Below, piece by piece: positions 12,217 to 21,735 of a DNA stretch of 45,638 nucleotides. Below the pieces are notes generated by a model. It saw nothing but the letters and a program-made list of their open reading frames with translations, was not told the DNA's origin and searched no databases. The translations under genes and the position numbers were made by a program. Origin of the DNA: Thraustochytrium aureum (Eukaryota); the NCBI GenBank assembly GCA_012862495.1, contig BLSG01000001.1, positions 213,909 through 259,546 of the forward strand, in the 5' to 3' direction. Positions within the stretch are counted from its first letter, which is position 1. Every line of letters begins with the position of its first letter.

Positions 12217-13381
12217 TCATAAGCCCTGGCGTAGCGCCGCGCGCAGCGGCGGTAAGAACTCTTCCTTTCGCGAAACGCGCGGGGTGGTGTCTGCAACGCG
12301 CGCCTCCGTCCCAGGGACCGGCTTCGTGGCGACATCGGGGAACGCGGCACGAAGCATATCGCAGTCGGCAGCGACAGAGCAGAGCAAGGCGGACCGCTTG
12401 TTTTCAACGTCCACGATCGAAACGAAGAAAGCGCCCAGCCCGCGCTCTTCTCGGAGTTCGGGCATCACCTCCACCACGAGCTCGAGCACGCGGTCGCGCT
12501 GCAGCATCTGGCTGTAAAAGGGCTCGACCGTCTCGATGCAGCCCCAGCCAACCACCTCCTTGACGCCGCCAGGCCGGCTCAGTAGGTACCGCTTAAAGTC
12601 CGACATGGCGACCTTTTCGAGCGGGATCCCCGTCGTGTTGGCCTTGGCCTGGAATTGGCGGTGCGCCAGGTCGTTCACAAGAGCCTCCAGCTCGTCCGCC
12701 AGCAGCTGCCCGCCGAGTACTGGCGCGCCACCCGTGCGCGGGCTCCAAAGCGACCGCTGTGCGAGCCATGTCCGGACTTTGGCGTCCCACTCGGTTGCCG
12801 TCGGGCTCCGCAAATTTAAGCGTGTCGCTAAGCAGCCCGCCCAACAGCAGACCGGCAACCGAGGGCGGCACAAACACGTCGTTCTCGATAAACATTGTCG
12901 CCACCACCGTCGAGCAACTGCCCCAGGGCTTGATTTCGATAAACACTGGCTGCGGCACGATCGTCGGCTCCTGGCTCAGCGCGTGGTGGTCGATGATGCC
13001 CATGATCTTGCTCGCGTTGAAGGCCTTGGGCCGCTGCGAGAATGCGTTGTGGTCCACGATGACAAAGTGCTGCCCCTTGTACACCTTGCTGAGTGGTTCT
13101 GGCACGGGCACCTGGAAGTGCTCCAAAAGGAACAGCGTCTCGCGGTTGATCTCTCCAGCGAACGACGGCGTCCCGTTAAAGAGGAGGGCTGCTCCAACCG
13201 AGCTCGCGATGCTGTCTGCGTCGGGCACCGAGGTGGCCAGAGACGACCACGTCGTTGCCAAAATACGGCAGCGGAGGCCGAATCAGGTCGTCCTTCGAGA
13301 CTGCCTTCCCTTGCTCGCGCTCCTCCTTGGCCACCTCTTTCTGATGATCGCGCTCTAGCTTCTTCTGATACACTTCGAGCG
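12217..13381 (-). CDS. Family II (DHH/DHHA2) Mn-dependent inorganic pyrophosphatase, PpaC-like (5' in gap, two apparent frameshifts)
   Basis: GHL(V)PDADS, GEINRET, VDHN, IIDHH, PWGSCST, LSDTL(N)LRSPTAT..D and C-terminal SRK..FLP. Frameshifts at ~13231 and ~12816. Confidence 0.9.
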
Positions 13382-13977
13382 GNNNNNNNNNNNNNNNNNN
13401 NNNNNNNNNNNNNNNNNNNNNNNNNNNNNNNNNNNNNNNNNNNNNNNNNNNNNNNNNNNNNNNNNNNNNNNNNNNNNNNNNNNNNNNNNNNNNNNNNNNN
13501 NNNNNNNNNNNNNNNNNNNNNNNNNNNNNNNNNNNNNNNNNNNNNNNNNNNNNNNNNNNNNNNNNNNNNNNNNNNNNNNNNNNNNNNNNNNNNNNNNNNN
13601 NNNNNNNNNNNNNNNNNNNNNNNNNNNNNNNNNNNNNNNNNNNNNNNNNNNNNNNNNNNNNNNNNNNNNNNNNNNNNNNNNNNNNNNNNNNNNNNNNNNN
13701 NNNNNNNNNNNNNNNNNNNNNNNNNNNNNNNNNNNNNNNNNNNNNNNNNNNNNNNNNNNNNNNNNNNNNNNNNNNNNNNNNNNNNNNNNNNNNNNNNNNN
13801 NNNGCCGCCGCCGCCGCCGCCGCCTCTGCTGCTGCTGCTGCTGGTGTCCTTTGGCGTCTGGCGCGCTCGGGATCTGCTCGCGCGGCGCGTTTTGGCCGGT
13901 CCATGGCGTTCATGGCGGCCAAAATCCGGCTCGTGATGCGCGACAAACCAGACCCCGAGCCCGGACGCGCTCGCCGA

Positions 13978-14043
13978 GCAGCAGCAGCAGCAGCGGCAGC
14001 GGCAGTGGCAGCAGCGGCAGTGGCAGCAGCAGCAGCAGGAGGA
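13978..14043. repeat. (GCA/GCG)n trinucleotide microsatellite
   Basis: Run of gcagcagcagcagcggcag... seen directly. Confidence 0.9.
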
Positions 14044-14380
14044 GGCGCGGGGCGTGCGCGTGTGGATCGCTGCGGGAGTGGCGGGAGCGGATCGCTGCGG
14101 GTCAGCCGAGTTGTCCTCGACGGCAACTCCAGAGGGCTATCTTTCTGCTGATCTGTTGGGCCGAAAGGTGGCGGCTGGCCGCGGAGACGGCTGGGCTGGC
14201 TCGGCCGGTGGGCTGGCGAGAACTGTCTTGTCTACGTGCATCTGCTGCGGAGGACGGTGGGGCGCTGGCGAGCCTGGTGCGAAGACCTGCTGCCGGCGTG
14301 TCGGCGTTCGACTTGTACCTGTACTTGTTGCACGCTTACCTGCTCCAGGAAGCGGCAGCGGAGGGTGCTAGACGAGCAGA

Positions 14381-16513
14381 ATGATGCGTGGGTTGCTTGC
14401 GCCGAGAAAATCCGGGGCGCGAGATGGCTGGCTGGACGCTCGCTCCAAACCCGGGGGTACCAGGCGGTGCGGTGGGGTGAGGACAATGTTGCACACTCGA
14501 CGTACCCCGACGTGGATCACGAGGTACCGGCGAAAATGAGGTTTACCGAGTTCACCATGAAGGACTTTGCTACGTTCGGGGACAAGCTGGCGATCGCGGA
14601 CGGGGTGTCCGGACACGAACGATCCTTCAATGACCTAATCCGCGACGTGGACGCGATCGGCTGCGGACTCCGCGACGCCCACGGCATCGCCAAGGGTGAC
14701 ACGATCGCACTTATGTCGCCCAACCATGTGGACTTTTTCGCATGCCTGCACGGCGCTGCCAAGCTCGGCGCCGCAGTGACCCCGGTTAACCCGAGCTACC
14801 GCGGCGAAGTTGGCACGCAGCTAATCGGAAGCGGGTCCAAGCTCATCTTCGCGCACCCGGACTGTCTGGAGGTCGCACGCGAGGCCGCCGAGACCAAGTT
14901 GAGGGAAACGGGCGAGGCCTGCGAGGTGCTCTCCATCGAGGCCGACGTCGAGCGGATGCGCGCCGACCATGCCGGCACACCGCTCCCAGAAACGCCGGCC
15001 GACGCGCAAGAGACGCTATACCTGCCGTACTCGTCGGGGACCACGGGGCTGCCGAAGGGCGTGATGCTCTCGCATGCAAACCTCGTCTACAACGTTTTGC
15101 AGAGCCACGAGATTGAGCTGCAGTTTTTTGACCCGAACGACGTGACCATCTCGCCGCTGCCGATGTTTCACATCTACGGCTTCCTGGCGTCGCTGCACAA
15201 CCCGCTGATCCACGGGACGCCGCTGATCACGATGAAGCGCTTTGACCTGGAGCGATTCTGTCAGCTGGTCGAAAAGTTCAAGTGCACGCGGATGCACGTC
15301 GTGCCGCCCATCCTGCTCGCGCTCTCCAAGACGCCGCTCGTCGACAAGTACGACCTGAGCTCGCTCAAGGTCGCCGTGAGCGCGGCAGCGCCTCTCAGCG
15401 CGGACCTGGAGGCCGCCGTGGAGAAGCGCATCGGCTGCAAGGTCAAGCAGCTGTGGGGCATGAGCGAGCTNNNNNNNNNNNNNNNNNNNNNNNNNNNNNN
15501 NNNNNNNNNNNNNNNNNNNNNNNNNNNNNNNNNNNNNNNNNNNNNNNNNNNNNNNNNNNNNNNNNNNNNNNNNNNNNNNNNNNNNNNNNNNNNNNNNNNN
15601 NNNNNNNNNNNNNNNNNNNNNNNNNNNNNNNNNNNNNNNNNNNNNNNNNNNNNNNNNNNNNNNNNNNNNNNNNNNNNNNNNNNNNNNNNNNNNNNNNNNN
15701 NNNNNNNNNNNNNNNNNNNCAAGGTCAAGCAGCTGTGGGGCATGAGCGAGCTGAGCCCCCTCGGGACTGGCAACCCTGACGACCGCGTCAAAAGCGGCAC
15801 CGTGGGCCCGCCCGTCGCCAACACGCAGGTCAAAATCGTGGACGTTGCCACGGGCGAGACGCTCGGGCCTGGCCGCGAGGGCGAGCTGGTGATTCGCGGT
15901 CCTCAGGTCATGAAGGGCTACTTGAATGCCCCGGAGAAAACGGCCGAGTGTCTCTCGGAGGTAGGTCGGGGCGCCGCGATGGCCGAGTTGGCTGGCGGGT
16001 GGTCCTGCTTGCTCTTGCTGCGCGCTGCCGTGCGCGTGCGGGTTTGCTGTTTTGAACTGTGAACTAACAAAAAGGTGGTTGGTGCTTGGTTGGTTGGACT
16101 AGGACGGCTGGCTCCGCACGGGCGACATCGCCTCGATCGATGAGCACGGGTACCTTCAGATCCTGGACCGGAGCAAAGAGCAGATCAAGTACAAAGGGTT
16201 CCAGGTCGCGCCGGCGGAGCTGGAGGGGGTCCTGATCGGGCACCCGGGCGTGCTCGATAGCTGCGTGATCCCTGTCCCGGACGAAGACGCCGGCGAGCTG
16301 CCGCGCGCCTACGTCGTGCTGCAGCCAGACGCGGTTGGCAAGGTCTCTGAACAAGAGATTGCCGAGTTCGTGGCTGCCAAGCTTGCCAAGCACAAGCACC
16401 TCGCCGGCGGTGTGGTTTTCTGCAGTGGTATTCCGAAGACAGAGTCGGGCAAGATCCTGCGTCGCCAAGTCGTTGCGATGGACCGCGCCAAGTCCGAGGA
16501 AAAATCCAACTAA
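14381..16513 (+). CDS. 4-coumarate-CoA ligase/luciferase-like acyl-CoA synthetase; intron 15961-16102; start inferred
   Basis: YLPYSSGTTGLPKGVMLSH, PMFHIYG, QLWGMSE, GELVIRGPQVMKGY, spliced DGWLRTGDI, IKYKGFQVAPAELE, PKTESGKILRR. Confidence 0.92.
15961..16102 (+). other. Spliceosomal intron
   Basis: GTAGGT donor, AACTAAC branch site at 16062-16068, TAG acceptor. Splicing gives ECLSE|DGWLRTGD. Confidence 0.9.
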
Positions 16514-16797
16514 CAGCCCAAGTCTCTTGTTGCCTCCATTCTGCAGACCCATGAGGCTCACGCGCTCTAGCTAGCGCGCGAGGTATTCAACGCTCGGGGA
16601 AGGGCCTGCGGCCCCTGCGGCCCCTGCGGCCACAACCCTGTGCTTGGGCTTGGCAGGACGACCAAGCTGAAGCTACTTTTCATCCTTGCTTTCTTTTTTC
16701 CGCACAAGTCGGCAACGGCGGTCTGGAGTTGACAGTGCCGAGCTGGGCGTTGTGGAAAGCAAAAACGCTTTGGCCGCCTGCGGCGCGGCGAGGCTAT

Positions 16798-17442
16798 CTA
16801 TGCCCGCAGCATCGCCTCGAGCTCCTTCACCGCCTCATCAAACGGGATTTGGCGCTGCTCTTGAGGGGAAAACGTCTCGAGCACAAACGCCGAGACGTCC
16901 GCGCGGCCTTTTGGGCGACCGATACCGATCCGGAGCCGGCGGAACTGCTGCGTCCCAATGACGTCGATCACGGACCGCACCCCGTTGTGCCCGTTCGCGC
17001 TCCCGCCGTCTTTGACGGACACCTTGCCGAGCGCCCGCTCCATGTCGTCGTGCACCAGCACGAGCTTGCTCGGCTCGACGCCAAACTCGCGCAAGCAAGC
17101 CTTGGCGCACCTGCCGCTCTCGTTCATAAACATGCGCGGCTCGACCAGCACGAGCCCTTGGGCGTCGTCGTGCGCCACCATCATGTCGCGCCCGCTTCGC
17201 CGCCACGGCGCGCCGCAGAGTTGGGCCATATGGCGCACGACGGCGACGCCAACCGAGTGGCGCGTCTTGGGGCTCCCATAATTGCCGAGCCCGATCACCA
17301 CGAGCCGAGCCTGGCCGCGCATGGCGCCGGCGCCCTCCTCCGCCCGGAGCGAGTCTGCGGCACTAGCTGCCCACGCGCGCGCCGCAGTCGCCAGCGCGGT
17401 CCACGCCTGCCGTGCCGCGCGCGCGAGCTCGACTGCCACCAT
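16798..17442 (-). CDS. PTH1: Peptidyl-tRNA hydrolase (Pth1 type, probably mitochondrial)
   Basis: VIGLGN...TRHSVG, PRMFMNESG, VHDDME, GGSANGHNGVRS, RLRIGIGRP. Ala/Arg-rich N-terminal extension; start codon uncertain. Confidence 0.92.
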   Translation of the reverse strand: MVAVELARAARQAWTALATAARAWAASAADSLRAEEGAGAMRGQARLVVIGLGNYGSPKTRHSVGVAVVRHMAQLCGAPWRRSGRDMMVAHDDAQGLVLVEPRMFMNESGRCAKACLREFGVEPSKLVLVHDDMERALGKVSVKDGGSANGHNGVRSVIDVIGTQQFRRLRIGIGRPKGRADVSAFVLETFSPQEQRQIPFDEAVKELEAMLRA

Positions 17443-17631
17443 CGCGATTGACTGGTGCAAACCTGTTGCGCAGGCCAAGGTCTTGCGAGCGGGAAACAAG
17501 TCGGAGGGAGGGCTGTGCCGCCGTCGAGCTTGCTGGCGCGGCGGGCACATGGCAAATAGATAGAATAGATAGAACGTGGTCTTTTTTCATTAAATCTCCT
17601 GGGCGCAGCCCGTGCGCGACGCACGGCGCGC

Positions 17632-17776
17632 GCGGCTAGCTGGCTTCGACGGCGCGCCCTACAGCTTGGCTTGCGACTTGGCGGCTAGCTGGCTTCGACG
17701 GCGCGCTCTACAGCTTGGCTTGCGACTTGGCGGCTAGCTGGCTTCGACGGCGCTCTACAGCTTGGCTTGCGACTTG
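17632..17776. repeat. Three tandem 47-49 bp units spanning the ACSL stop codon
   Basis: gcggctagctggcttcgacggcgc..ctacagcttggcttgcgacttg starting at 17632, 17681 and 17730. Confidence 0.9.
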
Positions 17777-19932
17777 GCCGCGGCGTACATGGCGTCNNNN
17801 NNNNNNNNNNNNNNNNNNNNNNNNNNNNNNNNNNNNNNNNNNNNNNNNNNNNNNNNNNNNNNNNNNNNNNNNNNNNNNNNNNNNNNNNNNNNNNNNNNNN
17901 NNNNNNNNNNNNNNNNNNNNNNNNNNNNNNNNNNNNNNNNNNNNNNNNNNNNNNNNNNNNNNNNNNNNNNNNNNNNNNNNNNNNNNNNNNNNNNNNNNNN
18001 NNNNNNNNNNNNNNNNNNNNNNNNNNNNNNNNNNNNNNNNNNNNNNNNNNNNNNNNNNNNNNNNNNNNNGGTCAGGAGGATCGACTTTGGGATCTCAAAG
18101 CCCTTGAGCTCGGCCAGCTTGCACTCCTCCTTGACGGCCGCGAGCAGGGCGTCCTTTGTGGACGGGTCGCCGAGCTTGAGCCCGCGGGCCTCGAGGCCCT
18201 CGGCGTCAGGCACAATGGCGGCGAGCAGGAAGGTTTCGAGGCTGTCGCCGTACACGAAGCTCTGCGCGATGAGCGGGCTGCGGGCGAGCACGTTCTCGAT
18301 CTTCTCAGCGGCCACGTACTCGCCCTGCGCGAGCTTGAAGATGTTCTTCTTGCGGTCGATGATGCGCAGCTTGCCGTCGGCGGTCCACATGCCAATGTCG
18401 CCCGTAAAGCACCAGCCGTCCTCGGCGATGGTCTCCTTGGTCTTCTCCGCCATGTGGTAGTACTCTTTGAACACGTTGGGGCCCCGAAACGCGATCTCGC
18501 CGCGGCCCTGGCACACCGAGCCGTCGTTGTGCTTGGTGTCCGACTGCAGGTAGCCCATGTCGGGCACGTCGATGAGGCGGATCTCGTTGCACGGCGCCGG
18601 GACGCCGACATGGCCCGTCGTCGTGTCCGTGACGAGCGTGCTCGAGATGAGCAGCGAGGACTCGGTCTGGCCGTAGCCCTCCTGGACGGGGCAGCCGAAC
18701 ATGATGCGGAGAAAGTCGAGGACGTGGGCCGCGATGGGGGCGCTGCCGGTCATGGCGAGGCGAATTCGGTCAAAGCCGAGACGGGCGCGCAAGGGCCCGA
18801 ACACGAGGCGGTCCCAGATCGGGTGCCGGTAGTGTCCGGCGCGCAGCGCCGCGAGCTTGCCAGCGACAGCCTTCTCGAAGAGCCACTTCTTGACGCCGCC
18901 AGCCTCCTCGACGCCGGCCTTGACCTTGTCATGCACGCGGTTGAGAAGGCGCGGCACCGAGGGAAAGATGGTGGGCCGCAGCGCGACAATGTCCTCGAGG
19001 ATCTTGAGCGTGTCGCCCTGGTAGAACCCGACGCGGCCGCCGCCATACAGCACGCTGAGCATGATCGCGCGCTCAAAGACGTGCGGCAGGGGCAGGTAAG
19101 AGAGGTGCACGTCGTCTGGGTACATGTTCATGCCCAGCGGCATCACCGACGAGAGGCACGAGATGGGCCCGCGATGCAGCACGATGGCCGCCTTGGCGTC
19201 GCCGGTGGTCCCGCTCGTAAAGCAGAAGAAGGCGATGTCGTCGCCGCGCGGCAGCACGAGCGGGGTCGGCTTGGCGGCGCCAGCGGCCTCCACCTCCTCG
19301 ATCGTGTACACCGAGAGGCCTCCTTGGCTGCCGGCCTCCTTGGCCTTGGCGACCTGGTCCGGGTTCATCAGGGACGAGTCCATGAGCACGGCGGCGCGCA
19401 CCACGCCGTTGCGGGCGACTTCGATCACGTTGGCGAGCACCTCGCTCGAGCAAAAGATGGTCCGGAGCTCGGTCATGTTGACCGCGTACTCGACGGCGTC
19501 GGCGCCGAGCGTGTCGTAGAGGGGCACAGGGACGATTCCGCGGCTGTAGCAGCCGATGTCGCCGACCACATACTCGGGGCGGTTCTTGGCGTAGAAGCCG
19601 AGCAGCTTGAGCCCGTCGCTGTTGGCCGGGCACAGGTCGAGGTTGACGAGGCCGCTCCCAAAGTTGTGCGCGCGGTCGTACACCTCGCGGTAGGTCTGCC
19701 AGACGTAGTCCCCGGCGGTCCCGTCCGCCGCGATGGGGCGGTGGCCCACGCAGGGGTTGTTCGGGTACTTGAGCGCCGAGTTCTCAAACACCTCGTAGAT
19801 GGTTTGCATCCCTTCGATGCTCAGCACGGGGCCAAGCGGGTGGCCATTGCGCCGGATCGGCCCGAGGCCCAGGTCGGGTCGCGCGCTTCCCGGCACCTCC
19901 ACGCTCGCCGGGTACTGTTCGCCCTTGCTCAT
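17755..19932 (-). CDS. Long-chain acyl-CoA synthetase with C-terminal PTS1 (AKL); internal gap
   Basis: FTSGTTGDAK, SYLPLPHVFER, EGYGQTE, FTGDIG, IIDRKKNIFKLAQGEYVAAEKIE; ends KSQAKL*. Confidence 0.95.
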   Translation of the reverse strand: MSKGEQYPASVEVPGSARPDLGLGPIRRNGHPLGPVLSIEGMQTIYEVFENSALKYPNNPCVGHRPIAADGTAGDYVWQTYREVYDRAHNFGSGLVNLDLCPANSDGLKLLGFYAKNRPEYVVGDIGCYSRGIVPVPLYDTLGADAVEYAVNMTELRTIFCSSEVLANVIEVARNGVVRAAVLMDSSLMNPDQVAKAKEAGSQGGLSVYTIEEVEAAGAAKPTPLVLPRGDDIAFFCFTSGTTGDAKAAIVLHRGPISCLSSVMPLGMNMYPDDVHLSYLPLPHVFERAIMLSVLYGGGRVGFYQGDTLKILEDIVALRPTIFPSVPRLLNRVHDKVKAGVEEAGGVKKWLFEKAVAGKLAALRAGHYRHPIWDRLVFGPLRARLGFDRIRLAMTGSAPIAAHVLDFLRIMFGCPVQEGYGQTESSLLISSTLVTDTTTGHVGVPAPCNEIRLIDVPDMGYLQSDTKHNDGSVCQGRGEIAFRGPNVFKEYYHMAEKTKETIAEDGWCFTGDIGMWTADGKLRIIDRKKNIFKLAQGEYVAAEKIENVLARSPLIAQSFVYGDSLETFLLAAIVPDAEGLEARGLKLGDPSTKDALLAAVKEECKLAELKGFEIPKSILLTXXXXXXXXXXXXXXXXXXXXXXXXXXXXXXXXXXXXXXXXXXXXXXXXXXXXXXXXXXXXXXXXXXXXXXXXXXXXXXXXXXXXXXXXXXXDAMYAAAKSQAKL

Positions 19933-21735
19933 CTCGCCGAAAAACGCCCTCTTCTCGAACCGCCTGTGCCGTGCCGTGCGTGCGCTGGCCTCGCGTCTTC
20001 AACCTCGCTCTCACACACCGCTTCCTGACGTGCGTCTTGCCGTGCCCGGGTCTCGTTCCGGCTCTGCTCCGTCGCGATGCGGTGTCCCCAGGGGGGACAA
20101 CTCGCGCACACCCTCCAGGTATTCGCGTCAACTCCAGGATGCTTTTCGGGGTTGAAGGTGGCCGGGAAGCCGCGAGATATCTGCAGGAGCTGCCTGGTCC
20201 AGGTCTGTCGGGTGCTCCACCGCGCAACACTACGCGTCCACGACGGGCGGCTCCTCCCTCTCGGGCTTTCCTCGCGAACGACGTCCGTCGCAAGTAACAG
20301 AGGGCAGCTGCCCCGCTGCTCCGCCGAAGCGAGCGGCGGCCTTGGCCTGCTTGGGCGCGGCCGCGCAGTCTCCGGTTGGCGCTGGTTTGGGGCAGCGCCG
20401 GCGCTTAAAGCGCGCAAGGACTCCCACGGCCCGGGGCTAGCGGCAGCTTAAAGGGGGCGTGGCGACGCGCACACCGGCCGATTGCACGACGGAGTGCGAT
20501 CCCCGAATCCGCTTTGTCGTGGCCTGGTCCCGTGCTTGCCCGACCACTACCGTGATGGTATGTATGAGGGCAGCCTGATGACCTGCGCAGCGACTCGTGT
20601 TGATGGACGATACCCTGATCTCAGGTGAGAAGGATCGTCAGTGAGAGGTGGCAGCCACCGCGGCCTTTGCCCTTCAAGATCAAGTTGCCGTACGAACACT
20701 GTGGCGGCTCGGAGTCTCGTTTCTTGAGAACGGAGGACGCCCAGCGGCTGCCACAAGCGCGAGAACGAGCTTCCTCAGGCTGCTGCTCCCCCTGCAAAAA
20801 GAGGGCGGACCACAGCCTGTGCGTGACGTCACGATACCTAGCGCTGCATTTCCCTCGCTCGCCGACTCGCTGGCTTTTCAACGTGCCGAGTCACTCGTCA
20901 CGGGCTGTTGCCGGGCCACCCGCGCTGCGCCCCTCTCATGGGTCACGAGCGGCAGACGAGCGGCAGGCACGGCGCCGCACCGATCCGTACAAGATCTGGT
21001 CGCGCGCGCAGTCGTGGACCTCCACCTCAGAGTCTCCTCAGCCAGATGACCCGTCCGCATGCGCGCAGTGAGCCGGTCTGGCGATGCAGCACCTGCTACG
21101 TCCGCCTCCAGCTCCTCGCAGGGTCGTGCGTTCGATCGTTGCTGCATCATGGCTCAAGCTCGCGCCAACCGCGCGCTTGGACTTGCAATAGGTCGAAAAG
21201 TCCAAAGTCCTTTTGGTCATCGGTCCATTTCGCTCTTGAAATATCTCGAGAGGAAACGAACGGCGAGAGAGAGAGAACGCGGTTCGGGACGCAGGGTGCA
21301 GGGAGAAAAAGGCGCAAAACCGGCACGCTCCCTGAGAGGTGCATCGAGCCAGGCCTCACAACAACGAATCGAAAAACTCAATCGCCCCTCGAGCCCACCG
21401 CGCACGCTTTGCGGCGCTCGCCCCTCACACTGCCGCTCTTGAATCCCGCAGGTGGAGGCCATGAGGGACAAGTGCGCAGGTGTGCGCGCGCATGGTGTGA
21501 GGCGTGAACTGGTTTCGAGACTCTTGAGTGGGCCTTGCGACACGCGAAGCCGCCCCACCATCGACGACCTCGATGGAAAGCAGCCGCAGGTGCTCCTGCA
21601 AGAGCGCCGGCTGCGCCAGACCCCAAAAGCGAGCGAGTGAGCCTGCTGGTGCTGGTGCTGGTGCCGGTTTGCACGGGGACGGACGAGTGGAGCGGTGAAA
21701 GGTGGTGGCAAGGCCCGCTTTCGAGCGAGGCAGTG

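Noticed and set aside
12810..12825. Programmed +1 frameshift at CTT-AAA-T in the pyrophosphatase
   Set aside because: One of many homopolymer indels with no common signal; sequencing error is more parsimonious.
14381..19932. Fatty-acid metabolic gene cluster (4CL-like plus ACSL)
   Set aside because: Separated by unrelated Pth1, different predicted compartments, no other pathway genes.
17767..20028. Long plus-strand ORF (753 aa) and similar antisense ORFs such as 28693-30012 and 6177-6905
   Set aside because: Shadow frames of real genes in GC-rich DNA; no motifs.
20540..21150. Short ORFs between ACSL and the surface protein
   Set aside because: No ATG-led frame with recognisable motifs; cannot be supported.
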